This document shows, one piece after another, positions 1-9,356 of a DNA stretch of 32,000 nt. How positions within the stretch are numbered: the first letter of the stretch is position 1; the number at the start of each line of letters is the position of its first letter. This DNA is from Planctopirus limnophila DSM 3776 (GTDB lineage: Bacteria > Planctomycetota > Planctomycetia > Planctomycetales > Planctomycetaceae). The stretch covers positions 870,001 through 902,000 of the forward strand of contig NC_014148.1 in the NCBI RefSeq assembly GCF_000092105.1, written 5' to 3'. Position numbers and translations under genes: made by a program. The notes under the pieces are model-generated. The model worked only from the letters and a program-made list of their open reading frames with translations. It was not told where the DNA came from and did no database searches.

Positions 1-2334
1 ACGCTGCCCCATCAGCACCTCAGAGACCACTTCTCCATTCATCGCTGTCGCTATGAATTCATTGATCTCACTCACAGAGAGCCCGTTGAGCAGCAATTTG
101 TCGCGATCCACCTCGATCCTCAATTGAGGGATCATCACTTGTGGTTCAAGGAGTGGATCTTTCACTCCGGGAATCCCTTTCATGACTGAGAGCATCTCTT
201 CGGCCTTACGCCGCAGCACATCGAGATCGTCACCATAAATTTTGATACCAACCTGGGCCTTCACTCCCGAGATCATGTGCGATATCAGATGAGCAATCGG
301 CTGCTCCACGGCGGTCACAATTCCCGGAATATCCGCCATCGCTTCGCGAATTTCGTTGAGCGATTCTTCCCGACTGCGTGATGATTGAGGGTCGAGTTCT
401 ATGAGATATTCACTCATGTTGACGCCCTCGGCATGTTCATCGAGTTCAGCTCGCCCAGTGCGGCGGGCAAAAGAGTCAATCTCTGCGACCGCCTGTAATC
501 GCTCTTCAACTTTACGATTGATCTCGTTCGAGGTCGCCAGCGAAGTTCCCGGCGGCAAGACCACATTGAGCTGAATGGTCCCTTCGTTAAATGGAGGCAG
601 AAAATCCTTCTCCAGATGAGCCACAAAGACTCCGGCAATCACCACCATGACCATCGTCACCGTGAGGTTCAGCCGTGGAAATGTCAGACTGAAGCGAATG
701 ATCTTCTCGGCGACGCATTTGAGACCTCTCAATACAAAACTGTCCTGCCCGTGTTCCATCAATCGGGCATTCCCTAACAGCCAGTAAGAGAGCACGGGGG
801 TCACAGTTAGGGAAACCAGTAGCGATGCCATAATCGACACGATGTACGCCACACCCAGGGGCGTAAACAGCTTCCCTTCCATCCCCGTGAGAGCAAACAG
901 CGGCACAAACACCAGGCAGACAATGATCGTCGCGAACACGACCGAGTTGCGAACTTCTGTGCTGGCCTGATAAACCACCAGCAATGCCGGCTTGGGATGC
1001 GCTGCCTGCCGATTCTCTTTCAACCGGCGGAAGATATTCTCGACATCGACAATCGCATCGTCGACGAGTTCACCAATGGCAATTGCCAATCCTCCCAGCG
1101 TCATCGTGTTGATCGATAAGCCAAAAATCGAAAAGACCACTGCCGTCAAGGCGAGTGATAAGGGGATTGCGGTAAATGTGATGAAGGTCGTGCGGAAATT
1201 CATCAGAAAGAGGAACAGAATGATGACGACTAGAATGCCCCCGTCGCGCAGGGCTTCCATCACATTCTCGATCGCTCGGTCGATAAAATCCTTTTGTGAA
1301 TAGGTCGGCTGAATACGAATATCAGAGGGCAATCCCGCTTTGAGTTCTTCGACAGCCTTAAGAATGTTTTCTGTAATGAGGCGAGTATCTGCGCCCGGTT
1401 GTTTATTGATGGTCAGGATGACTGCCGGCCCTCCGGAAAATTTGAACTGCTCTGCTTTTGCAGCAGATTCATCGGGAGTGGTCGTAGCCAATTCATCTTT
1501 CAGACGCACAAAGACACTGCTGTCCCCCCGCTTGACTTGCGGCCCTTCCATCACCTGGGCAACTTGCGCTAAAGCCACCGGCCGGCCATCGCGTACCGTG
1601 ACCACCACCTTTTGCAGATCCTCGAGTGATTGAATCCGCCCCAGCGCTCGCACTAGCAATTCATTGGGCCCCTGCTGGTCGAGATAACCCCCCGTCGCAT
1701 TTTGATTACTGTCAACAACTGCCTGTTTGACCTGTTGTAATGTCACTCCGTATTGCAGCAGTGCGTCGGGATCGACCAGCACTTGAAACTGCTTCCTGCC
1801 ACCACCCATCGTGAAGACTTGCGAAACTCCCGGGACAGTTAACAGACGCTGACGCACCACCCAGTCGGCCAGCGTTCGCAGTTCGACAGGATTGGTTTTG
1901 CCATCTTCGCTCCACATCCCCAGCATGAGGATCTGTCCCATGATGGAAGAAATCGGTGCCAGAGTGGGCACGACTCCCGCAGGCATACGGTCCTGCACCA
2001 GTTGCAATCGTTCCATGACAATCTGACGGTCGGTATAGATATCTGTCCCCCAGTCGAATTCGACATAGATGACCGAAATCCCGATCCCTGATGAACTGCG
2101 TACCGCCTGAACGCCATTGGCACCATTGATGGCCGTTTCGATCGGAAACGTAACGAGCGTTTCGACCTCTTCCGGAGCCAGACCCGGAGCTTCGGTCATA
2201 ATGACCACCCGCGGTCGATTCAAATCCGGGAAGACATCAATCGTTGCCTGCCAGGCCTGCCACGTTCCGTATCCCATCAGGAATACAGCCACAACCATCA
2301 CAATCATCTGCTGCCGCAGTGCAAATCGAATCAT
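1..2334 (-). CDS. Heavy-metal efflux RND permease, CusA/CzcA family (first ~778 codons; 3' end lies beyond the window start)
   Basis: Absent from the ORF track because it has no stop inside the window. My reverse-complement translation from the ATG at 2334-2332 stays open to nt 1 (778 codons): MIRFALRQQMIVMVVAVFLMGYGTWQAWQATIDVFPDLNRPRVVIMTEAPGLAPEEVETLVTFPIETAINGANGVQAVRSSS... and later ...NTMTLGGLAIAIGELVDDAIVDVENIFRRLKEN... This N-terminal layout and the GELVDDAIV motif are typical of HME-RND pumps. It starts 26 nt after the adaptor stop on the same strand. Confidence 0.9.
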   Translation of the reverse strand, partial: MIRFALRQQMIVMVVAVFLMGYGTWQAWQATIDVFPDLNRPRVVIMTEAPGLAPEEVETLVTFPIETAINGANGVQAVRSSSGIGISVIYVEFDWGTDIYTDRQIVMERLQLVQDRMPAGVVPTLAPISSIMGQILMLGMWSEDGKTNPVELRTLADWVVRQRLLTVPGVSQVFTMGGGRKQFQVLVDPDALLQYGVTLQQVKQAVVDSNQNATGGYLDQQGPNELLVRALGRIQSLEDLQKVVVTVRDGRPVALAQVAQVMEGPQVKRGDSSVFVRLKDELATTTPDESAAKAEQFKFSGGPAVILTINKQPGADTRLITENILKAVEELKAGLPSDIRIQPTYSQKDFIDRAIENVMEALRDGGILVVIILFLFLMNFRTTFITFTAIPLSLALTAVVFSIFGLSINTMTLGGLAIAIGELVDDAIVDVENIFRRLKENRQAAHPKPALLVVYQASTEVRNSVVFATIIVCLVFVPLFALTGMEGKLFTPLGVAYIVSIMASLLVSLTVTPVLSYWLLGNARLMEHGQDSFVLRGLKCVAEKIIRFSLTFPRLNLTVTMVMVVIAGVFVAHLEKDFLPPFNEGTIQLNVVLPPGTSLATSNEINRKVEERLQAVAEIDSFARRTGRAELDEHAEGVNMSEYLIELDPQSSRSREESLNEIREAMADIPGIVTAVEQPIAHLISHMISGVKAQVGIKIYGDDLDVLRRKAEEMLSVMKGIPGVKDPLLEPQVMIPQLRIEVDRDKLLLNGLSVSEINEFIATAMNGEVVSEVLMGQR

Positions 2335-2360
2335 CGCGTTGAGCAAGACGAACCTCTCGA

Positions 2361-3911
2361 TCAATGACTGTGCCCGGCATGCGGATCAACGCCGCCACCG
2401 GACTTGTTCTTGAGGGCCATCTGCAATTGATGCGCACCACGTAGCGCGACAACATCTCCCGGAAAGACCGAACCATCATTCTTGATCACGGCAAACGACT
2501 GATCGCGATAAATCACATGCACAGGAACACGTTCAAAATGTTTCCCGTTCTGCTGGAAGACAAATGCTTCAGCGCCTTCCTGGGCAATCGCATCGACAGG
2601 TAGCACAATCTGCTCACGCCACTCCTCGACAGGAACCCGGAGCTGCAAGCGTTGGCCTGGTCGATATTTCCACTCGTTGAAACGCAGTCCGTTCGGAGAG
2701 GGAACTGAGCGGGTGAGTTCATTCGGCAAGCGAACATAAAACGGAAGACTTCGCGACTGCACGTTGATATCACTGGCTGCATAGAGCAATTCCAGCCCTG
2801 GTAATTGATCGGCTGGCTTCCCGGCCCGCTCAAACACAGCCGTCACTTTCCAATGATTGGCGGCTGCCGTCGCCAGGAGTGGAGCATCCTGCTCGAAGGC
2901 CCGTCCTTCGATATACAATTCCGACATATCCGATAGCACCGCCAGAGTCTCTCCCGCCTGAACACGCTCCCCTTTGCTGACCAGGACTTCCTGAAGAATG
3001 AGAGCCGTTTTCTCTGCCTGCCCCGCCGCATGCCCATCACGGCGAAGATGCGGTTCACCCGCTGGATGGGAATCGTGATCACTCTCACGGAAACGAACCT
3101 GCGCAATGCTGTTATCAGTCAGTTCGATCTCATCTTCAGCATGTCGATCCGGAGAGGGCACCCGGATCTGCAGGTCTCTCAGGAGTCGCCGGTGTTCGAT
3201 AATGTCCTGAATCTGACGGTCAGATAGTCCTTGCAGCCTTAAGGCTTCTTTCTGCGCAGCCAGCAGCACTTCCAGCTTCTCTTTGGCATATTGCCGCTCC
3301 AGCATGGTTCGCTGAGGAATCGCGCCCGATCTGGTCACTTCTTCCAATCGGGCGATCTCCCGCTGTTCAACATCGAGATCACCAATCGTTTTGAAAATTT
3401 CCGTCTGGGTCGCGACGAGTTCATCAGCCGTGATTCGAAGCTCAAACAGCAATGTTCCCGGAGTGATTGCTTCACCCTGAACCGCATGGACATGGGTAAT
3501 GACACCCGCCATCGGTGTCGAGACTTGAATTCGCGTTCTACCAGGGCGTTCTACGACAATCGCCGGCACTGTGATCGAGCGGACAAATGTCTCCAACTGA
3601 ATCGGTTTGAGAGACTCTTTGGTCAGCCCGATATTTCCCATCGCCTGCTGCGAAAGCTCCAGTGAATTTGCATCATCATGTGCATGGGCATGATCACCAT
3701 GGTCATGACCTGCTGCATCAGTACCCTCACCGTGAGGATGGTCATCCGCAGCATTGACCCTTTTCTGCGCAGAGATCGTATGGCGAACCCAGGTCTGTGC
3801 ATGGGGCCACCAGTAAGTGGCTGTGATGCCTCCCAAAGCCAGAAGTACAATGGCTCCAGACCACCAGATCCATTCCCACGAGCATTTACGGAACCAGCTG
3901 GAAAGATTCAT
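2361..3911 (-). CDS. Efflux RND periplasmic adaptor (membrane-fusion protein, CusB/CzcB-like) with a His-rich N-terminal tract
   Basis: This is the 541-aa frame of the ORF track. I prefer the internal ATG at 3911-3909, where MNLSSWFRKCSWEWIWWSGAIVLLALGG gives an N-terminal membrane anchor; the longest possible start is 3986. The coiled-coil-like middle region (ELVATQTEIFKTIGDLDVEQREIARLEE...) and beta-rich C-terminus fit HlyD/MFP adaptors. The tract HPHGEGTDAAGHDHGDHAHAHDD suggests metal binding. It lies directly upstream of the RND permease. Confidence 0.85.
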   Translation of the reverse strand: MNLSSWFRKCSWEWIWWSGAIVLLALGGITATYWWPHAQTWVRHTISAQKRVNAADDHPHGEGTDAAGHDHGDHAHAHDDANSLELSQQAMGNIGLTKESLKPIQLETFVRSITVPAIVVERPGRTRIQVSTPMAGVITHVHAVQGEAITPGTLLFELRITADELVATQTEIFKTIGDLDVEQREIARLEEVTRSGAIPQRTMLERQYAKEKLEVLLAAQKEALRLQGLSDRQIQDIIEHRRLLRDLQIRVPSPDRHAEDEIELTDNSIAQVRFRESDHDSHPAGEPHLRRDGHAAGQAEKTALILQEVLVSKGERVQAGETLAVLSDMSELYIEGRAFEQDAPLLATAAANHWKVTAVFERAGKPADQLPGLELLYAASDINVQSRSLPFYVRLPNELTRSVPSPNGLRFNEWKYRPGQRLQLRVPVEEWREQIVLPVDAIAQEGAEAFVFQQNGKHFERVPVHVIYRDQSFAVIKNDGSVFPGDVVALRGAHQLQMALKNKSGGGVDPHAGHSH

Positions 3912-4096
3912 AAGTTTCCCTTTTCGGGATAGACAGCCCGCGTAGACTTTGAGCGTCAAGCTGAGAAAACGTTGAGCAAGAAGCATGGAGATCGATCAGA
4001 CGTCGCACCCACGCTTCGGTGAAACAAAAACCGGCAAATGGCAACAGCAGGTCGCCCAAAGAGATAGCCGCTTGCTCACAAGCAGGTTGTCATGGC

Positions 4097-4579
4097 TTAA
4101 ACGCGCCAGACCTGAGTGATGGCGCATCGCTCGCGCGCAGAAACGGGCAGCGACCTTTCAATCACGCCGCACCAGACGTTCCCCTGGAGTTGGTCGATCA
4201 ATCGCAACTCGTTAATGGATGAAGGGAAAAAATCCGGCGCTTCAAAGCTGATTTTCTCTGAGTGGCTGGCAATCACCACCCCCAGATCAACAGCACAATC
4301 CTCCTCTTCACAGGGAGGGTGCTCTGAGGACTGCGGGTCACCAGCAGCCTGCCCAGCCAAAGTAACTTCTTCGGGAACTTGCTTAGACCCGCCGTGAGTA
4401 TGACCACAGCAAGAACGTCTGGCGGGGGTGCGAACCAAGGCTTCATCAGCCACTGCAACAGTGACCTGGGCAGCTCCCGGCAGGATATGCACATGATGCC
4501 AGCAGCACCCGAAAATGCTGTGAAACAGCATCGGTACGAGTGCAATCAAACTGGCAACTTTCCCGCTCACTTCGAACAA
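4097..4579 (-). CDS. Hypothetical small Cys/His-rich, probably membrane-anchored protein at the head of the efflux gene string
   Basis: A 160-aa ORF co-directional with the adaptor gene and 110-185 nt upstream of it. It has a hydrophobic N-terminus (VASLIALVPMLFHSIFG) followed by CCWHHVH, CCGHTHGG and PPCEEEDC motifs. I recognise no family. Overlapping alternative ORFs (4116-4397 plus strand, 4273-4545 minus strand) make coding status uncertain. Confidence 0.45.
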   Translation of the reverse strand: MFEVSGKVASLIALVPMLFHSIFGCCWHHVHILPGAAQVTVAVADEALVRTPARRSCCGHTHGGSKQVPEEVTLAGQAAGDPQSSEHPPCEEEDCAVDLGVVIASHSEKISFEAPDFFPSSINELRLIDQLQGNVWCGVIERSLPVSARERCAITQVWRV

Positions 4580-4792
4580 CCTGCCTTACTGCACGAGGCT
4601 ATCTAAATATTCAGTCTTCTGAAAATATCCGCATTTCCGAGTATTGAGTCAACTGAGGTTTTTGCTCGAATGGCAGATCGAAAGGTTATCGCGCTAACCA
4701 GTTAATCAACTATTCTTGTCGGCAGCACCTACTGCTGAAGCTGTGCCAGTAAATCCAAAGACGTCGATACACACGACAACTCTACTCACAAA

Positions 4793-6064
4793 TCACGAAG
4801 ATTTAGGCTTCCGGCGAGATGGTCTCACAGGCCGCTTCGCTGGTCCCAGTCGCGAGGTTTTCTCGACAATCCCTTCATCACTGCGATACTCGAACACCAG
4901 CGGATGATCCGATTGCGGGTCGGCCACTCGCAACGAGATTTTGCCATCGAGGACATTACTGAGCAGGTCGCCGCATACTTCGGCTCTCCAGCCCTGCATC
5001 AGCCGGGGTGTTCCATGCCGCTTGTCCCCAAAGACATGCCACCTCACCAGATGCCTCAGGTCAGCCGTCTTCCCCACAATCGACATCGCCACGTTCATTT
5101 CAGCACAGCGGTTGGCCAGCGCAATCCCAAGGAGCTGACCCAGCAATTGCTCATCATGCGACTGATCGTCCTCCGGCTCCGGGGGCCTCGAAGGCAACTG
5201 ATCTTCAGGGAGCGCCAGGGCGGTATCAATCGCTGCGAGAATCTCTGCAGCCGCCTTGCGATACTCCGTGCGATTCATATCCCGGGTCGCGACCAGTTCA
5301 TCAATATTAGCTGGCTGACGTCGAGCCAGCTCAATCAACAGGTCATCCCGCAAGATGCGTCGTGCAGGCTTATCTCGCGCCTCGGCTTCATGCTCCCGCC
5401 ACCAGAAAACATTCTTGGCGACAGCCAGTTCGCGGGAATTCAACTTGTGCAGCCCGGGTAGCTTTAACCACGCCTCATCAGCTCGTTCCAGTACCACATC
5501 GCGAACCAGCCGCGTGAATTCATCTTCAACCCAGGCCAGTCGATTTTTCTTCTTCAAATCGGCCGATTGCTTGGCCCAGATGGGCAGGATGTGCTGAACA
5601 TCTTCGAGCGCATAATGCACCTGCGATTTCGTCAATGGTCTTCGGCGCCAGTCGGAACGTGTTTCTTTCCCGTGGGATTTATGACCTAGAACACGCTTCA
5701 CCAGCGCGTCGTAACCCAAAGGAAAACTCCGACCTCGAAATCCTTCCGCAATCTGCACATCTTTAAAGTTGACCGGAGCCTGTCCCGTGTTGGTGACACA
5801 GAACCGCGCCTCTTCTCGACCACCGTGCGCCACCACCACGACGTCGGGATCCAGCATAATCTCCCACCAGGGAGCAAGATCACGCACTTCAAACGGATCG
5901 ACCAGAACTGCTCGATCAGGCGTCGCCAGCTGCAGAAGGCACAATTCGGGGCGCCAGGTAAACTCCGAAATAAACTCCGTATCGAACCCCACAATCCCCG
6001 CTTGACGGATGGATTTGCAGAATGCTTCAAACTCATGCTGCTGAGTCATCAACGATTCGGTCAT
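4793..6064 (-). CDS. rnd: Ribonuclease D (DEDD 3'-5' exonuclease plus HRDC region) with a basic C-terminal tail
   Basis: 423 aa. ExoI-like GFDTEF, VVAHGGREE, and ExoIII-like HYALEDVQHILPIW, followed by a helical HRDC-like region (RRILRDDLLIELARRQP). The C-terminus RLGPAKRPVRPSRRKPKSS is strongly basic. Confidence 0.85.
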   Translation of the reverse strand: MTESLMTQQHEFEAFCKSIRQAGIVGFDTEFISEFTWRPELCLLQLATPDRAVLVDPFEVRDLAPWWEIMLDPDVVVVAHGGREEARFCVTNTGQAPVNFKDVQIAEGFRGRSFPLGYDALVKRVLGHKSHGKETRSDWRRRPLTKSQVHYALEDVQHILPIWAKQSADLKKKNRLAWVEDEFTRLVRDVVLERADEAWLKLPGLHKLNSRELAVAKNVFWWREHEAEARDKPARRILRDDLLIELARRQPANIDELVATRDMNRTEYRKAAAEILAAIDTALALPEDQLPSRPPEPEDDQSHDEQLLGQLLGIALANRCAEMNVAMSIVGKTADLRHLVRWHVFGDKRHGTPRLMQGWRAEVCGDLLSNVLDGKISLRVADPQSDHPLVFEYRSDEGIVEKTSRLGPAKRPVRPSRRKPKSS

Positions 6065-6270
6065 TAATTCCTGGCCCGAAAATCGAATTCAAATAATGCA
6101 ATCTTTGTCATGACGAATTCCTGCCGCCATGAATTCCAGCTTTTCCAAACATCATCCCCGCTGGCACGAACTGTAGCAACACTCCTGACTTAAGGTTCAT
6201 CTGCCAGCAGAAAAAATCCTCGACCGCAGGTCAGGTCATCGGTTTTGTACTGGAAAATGGCTTTCGGAAC

Positions 6271-7182
6271 GTGTCCAATCCCATCAACAAAGTACGATAC
6301 GAATATGCACGCGTACACGTTCTAGTCAGGGGAACACAATTGCTCAAAGATCAATTTCAGGCCGTGCCAGATTCATCACAACTGCAGCAGATCGAACGCG
6401 ATCTGCGCTTCTACCCCACCACAAATGCACACCCACAAGTCCTTTCTCAAGAACAGGTTGAGCAGTTTAACCGTGACGGATACATCAAGGATCTGACGAT
6501 CTTTTCCCCTGCGGAAATCGCCTCGATCCGTCAGCAATTCGATGAATTACTTTCTCGCACACTGGCGACGGGGGCTGACAGTTATTCCATCAGTTCAGCA
6601 CATCTCAAGTATGGATTCTGTTGGGATCTGCTGACGAATTCCCGCATTGTCGCCATTGTTAAAGATCTGCTGGGTGAAAATGTCGTCGCCTGGGGCTCGC
6701 ATTTCTTCTGCAAAATGCCTGGAGACGGTAAAGCGGTCGCCTGGCATCAGGATGCCAGCTATTGGCCACTGAGCCCTTCTCGCAATGTGACTGCCTGGCT
6801 CGCCATCGACGATGCTGACATCGAGAATGGCTGCATGCGTTTTATCGCAGGCTCGCATCAATACGGGCATATGACCTTCCGCGATAGTAATCCTGCCGAA
6901 CATAACGTTCTCAACCAGACGATCGAAAACCCCTGGCAATATGGCCACGAAGTCATCGACTCGCTGGCAGCAGGGCAGATTTCGATTCACTCTGATCTTT
7001 TGCTCCATGGTTCCGAAGCCAACAATTCCTCGCGTCGCCGTTGCGGATTAACTCTTCGCTATGCCGCTGCAGAAGTCCGTGCGGCTCTCGACTGGAATCA
7101 GAAAGGAGTCATCGTCAGTGGCAGCGATCCCTCAGGACACTGGGCCAATCGTCCACGCCCCACTCGGGATCTTCCCGAGTAA
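6271..7182 (+). CDS. Phytanoyl-CoA dioxygenase (PhyH) family Fe(II)/2-oxoglutarate-dependent oxygenase
   Basis: 303 aa. Contains AWHQDASYWPL (the HxD iron ligands), IDDADIENGCMRFIAGSH, and the distal His in LLLHGSEANNS. The track start is a GTG, so the exact start is uncertain. Confidence 0.85.
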   Translation: MSNPINKVRYEYARVHVLVRGTQLLKDQFQAVPDSSQLQQIERDLRFYPTTNAHPQVLSQEQVEQFNRDGYIKDLTIFSPAEIASIRQQFDELLSRTLATGADSYSISSAHLKYGFCWDLLTNSRIVAIVKDLLGENVVAWGSHFFCKMPGDGKAVAWHQDASYWPLSPSRNVTAWLAIDDADIENGCMRFIAGSHQYGHMTFRDSNPAEHNVLNQTIENPWQYGHEVIDSLAAGQISIHSDLLLHGSEANNSSRRRCGLTLRYAAAEVRAALDWNQKGVIVSGSDPSGHWANRPRPTRDLPE

Positions 7183-7347
7183 TCGTCCCGGACTTCACTC
7201 GCATCGAGGGGAGCGTCGTGCATCCCCCATGGCTCTCCACAGTCGCTACCAGTCAAAGCCGCTCTGGCTCCATTTGGATTTCACACTCATCGTGGTACGC
7301 TCTGCGGGGTGACAATCCCGTCACTTTGAGCATGGAGTAATAAGTGT

Positions 7348-9099
7348 ATGGTCTCGACAGAGCGGCGGGTCTGGCAATATGCACATGTCGATCAAGAATC
7401 CATTCGCAGGCTGGCCGCAGAACTGCAGATCAGCCCACTCCTGGCTCGCGTCCTTGTCGCCCGTAAGATTCATACCCGCGAAATGGGTTTGAAGTTCTTC
7501 TCCCGCAAACTCAGCGAACTTCACGATCCCGAACAATTGCCCGGCATCAGTCAAGCCGCCGACCGCATCGTTGAAGCCATTAAACATCAGCGACTCATCA
7601 CGATATACGGCGATTACGATGTCGATGGTGTCACTGCCACCAGCCTCTTATGGCATTGTATCCGCCTCGCGGGTGGTCGCTCCGAATACTATATTCCAGC
7701 CCGTCTCGAAGAAGGTTACGGGCTCAACAGCACGGCCATCGAAACTCTCGCAGCCCAGGATCCATCCCAGCTCGTCGTCAGTGTTGATTGTGGCATTACC
7801 AGTCTTATCGAAGCCAGACGCGCCCGCGAACTCGGCCTCGAACTGATCATTACTGATCATCACCAGTTTGCCGAAAATTTCCCGGAAGAAACGATTCTCG
7901 TCCACCCTCGTCTGCCCGGTAGCAGCTACCCATTCGGCGAGCTTTGCGGTGCCGGCGTCGCCTTCAAACTCGCCTGGGCTGTCTGTGCTCGATTAGGGGA
8001 TGGCAAAAAGGCTTCTCCCCGCATGAAAGAGTTTCTCTTAAGTGCCATTGGCCTGGCAGCCATCGGTACCGTTGCCGACGTCGTTCCCTTAACGGGAGAA
8101 AACCGTGTTCTCGTTCACTATGGCCTTTCCACCATCGGCGAGAAATCCTCCATTGGTCTGAAGGCACTCATCAAAGCGGCTGGGCTTCACGAAAAAACAT
8201 CTCTCGCGGCAGATGATATTGGCTTTTCCCTGGGCCCACGAATTAATGCTGCAGGCCGCTTAGGGCAAGCCCGCCTCGCTGTCGAACTCCTGACGACCGA
8301 TAACGAAGATCGAGCGCAGAAACTGGCTGCCTACCTCGATGAACTCAACAAGCAGCGACAATCGCTCGAACGAAAAATGTTCAAGCAGGCCAAAGATCTC
8401 GTCAACGATCACCCTGCCTGGAGCGAAGAAAAAGCACTCGTGCTCACCCATGACGAATGGCATGCCGGCGTGATTGGTATCGTCGCTGGCAAAGTGGCTG
8501 AAAGTTTTCAACGACCTGCCATTCTCCTGGGCCCCTCGACTTCAGCCGATATTCTGCAAGGCTCTGGCCGCTCATTCGCCGGATTTAATCTGCATGAAGG
8601 GCTGGTCGCTTGCCGGGAGCACCTTATTACGTTCGGTGGTCACCATGCGGCAGTCGGCATGAAGTTGTCCCGCAAGCATTTGGATACATTCCGGGCGTCG
8701 CTGGTCGATTTTGTTTCTCAGAATCACTCGGTCGAACCAGGTTCAGCCCCTTTGCCGATCGATGCCGAAGTGACCTTCCAGGAAATCAGCACCCGGGCTA
8801 TTGAAGAACTCGATCTGCTGGCCCCTTTTGGCAGTGCCAACCCTCGCCCCATGTTCGCCGCGACTCGTGTGGAACTGGCTGCACCACCGAAAACTATGGG
8901 TGAAGGAGGGCGCCACTTATCGCTCCTGCTCAAGCAGCACGATAAAACCTTGCGGGCCGTCGCTTTTGGGCAGGGAGAATGGGCTGAAGAGATCGCCGCA
9001 CACTCGGCAATTCACCTCGCCTTTCAGCCCATCATCAATGAATTCCGCGGCCAGAGAAATGTCGACCTGCACATTAAAGACTGGGCCCCCGCCACTTAA
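7348..9099 (+). CDS. recJ: Single-stranded-DNA-specific 5'-3' exonuclease RecJ
   Basis: 583 aa. DHH-family motifs GDYDVDGVTATSLL, SVDCGITS and IITDHH; DHHA1 motif FGGHHAAVGM; length typical for RecJ. Confidence 0.93.
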   Translation: MVSTERRVWQYAHVDQESIRRLAAELQISPLLARVLVARKIHTREMGLKFFSRKLSELHDPEQLPGISQAADRIVEAIKHQRLITIYGDYDVDGVTATSLLWHCIRLAGGRSEYYIPARLEEGYGLNSTAIETLAAQDPSQLVVSVDCGITSLIEARRARELGLELIITDHHQFAENFPEETILVHPRLPGSSYPFGELCGAGVAFKLAWAVCARLGDGKKASPRMKEFLLSAIGLAAIGTVADVVPLTGENRVLVHYGLSTIGEKSSIGLKALIKAAGLHEKTSLAADDIGFSLGPRINAAGRLGQARLAVELLTTDNEDRAQKLAAYLDELNKQRQSLERKMFKQAKDLVNDHPAWSEEKALVLTHDEWHAGVIGIVAGKVAESFQRPAILLGPSTSADILQGSGRSFAGFNLHEGLVACREHLITFGGHHAAVGMKLSRKHLDTFRASLVDFVSQNHSVEPGSAPLPIDAEVTFQEISTRAIEELDLLAPFGSANPRPMFAATRVELAAPPKTMGEGGRHLSLLLKQHDKTLRAVAFGQGEWAEEIAAHSAIHLAFQPIINEFRGQRNVDLHIKDWAPAT

Positions 9100-9108
9100 T
9101 TCGATTGA

Positions 9109-9160
9109 CCTCAGTAGAAGAAACCCTCGCCCACGTCATCGTGAAAGAGGGCAATCTGAG
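9109..9160 (+). terminator. Nested inverted repeat 10 nt after the recJ stop (possible terminator or RNA-stabilising stem)
   Basis: CCTCAG (9109-9114) pairs with CTGAGG (9155-9160). Inside it, CCCTC (9123-9127) pairs with GAGGG (9146-9150). A GTAG (9114-9117) sits at the base. There is no clear T-run, so terminator function is tentative. Confidence 0.3.
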
Positions 9161-9179
9161 GATCATCTGCACTTCATCA

Positions 9180-9216
9180 GGTAGGGTGCAAGAAGTTCCG
9201 ACGGATTGCACCATCT
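9180..9216 (+). repeat. REP-like element, copy A: GTAG + GGTGCA-N16-TGCACC + ATCTT
   Basis: GTAGGGTGCAAGAAGTTCCGACGGATTGCACCATCTT. It matches 26823-26859 at 32 of 37 positions in the same orientation, and the 6-bp arms GGTGCA/TGCACC are exact reverse complements. Confidence 0.6.
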
Positions 9217-9356
9217 TCTATAGGCATCAAACTCAGATATTGGACACTCTACTTGCATCCCAGATCTGTATTTGACACACAAGGCAACATCCCAGCTTCA
9301 TCCCAAGCCATGCCGGCTTTGCACAACATGCTCTACCACAGCCCTCTCCAACAAGC

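Noticed and set aside
992-2413. Several 60-100-aa ORFs listed by the track across 1-2413
   Set aside because: All are in frames other than the continuous 778-codon CusA/CzcA frame, which the track omits only because it lacks an in-window stop.
4700-4713. Imperfect palindrome GTTATCGCGCTAAC upstream of the efflux genes, as a possible metal-regulator operator
   Set aside because: It has two mismatches, is a single occurrence, and no regulator gene is nearby. The evidence is insufficient.
9184-9211. GGTGCA...TGCACC arms of the repeat read as NtrC-type enhancer half-sites, given the nitrogen-related neighbours
   Set aside because: The orientation and spacing (N16, arms inverted relative to TGCACC-N5-GGTGCA) do not fit the NtrC consensus. 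One copy follows recJ, which has no nitrogen link, so the REP-like interpretation is simpler.
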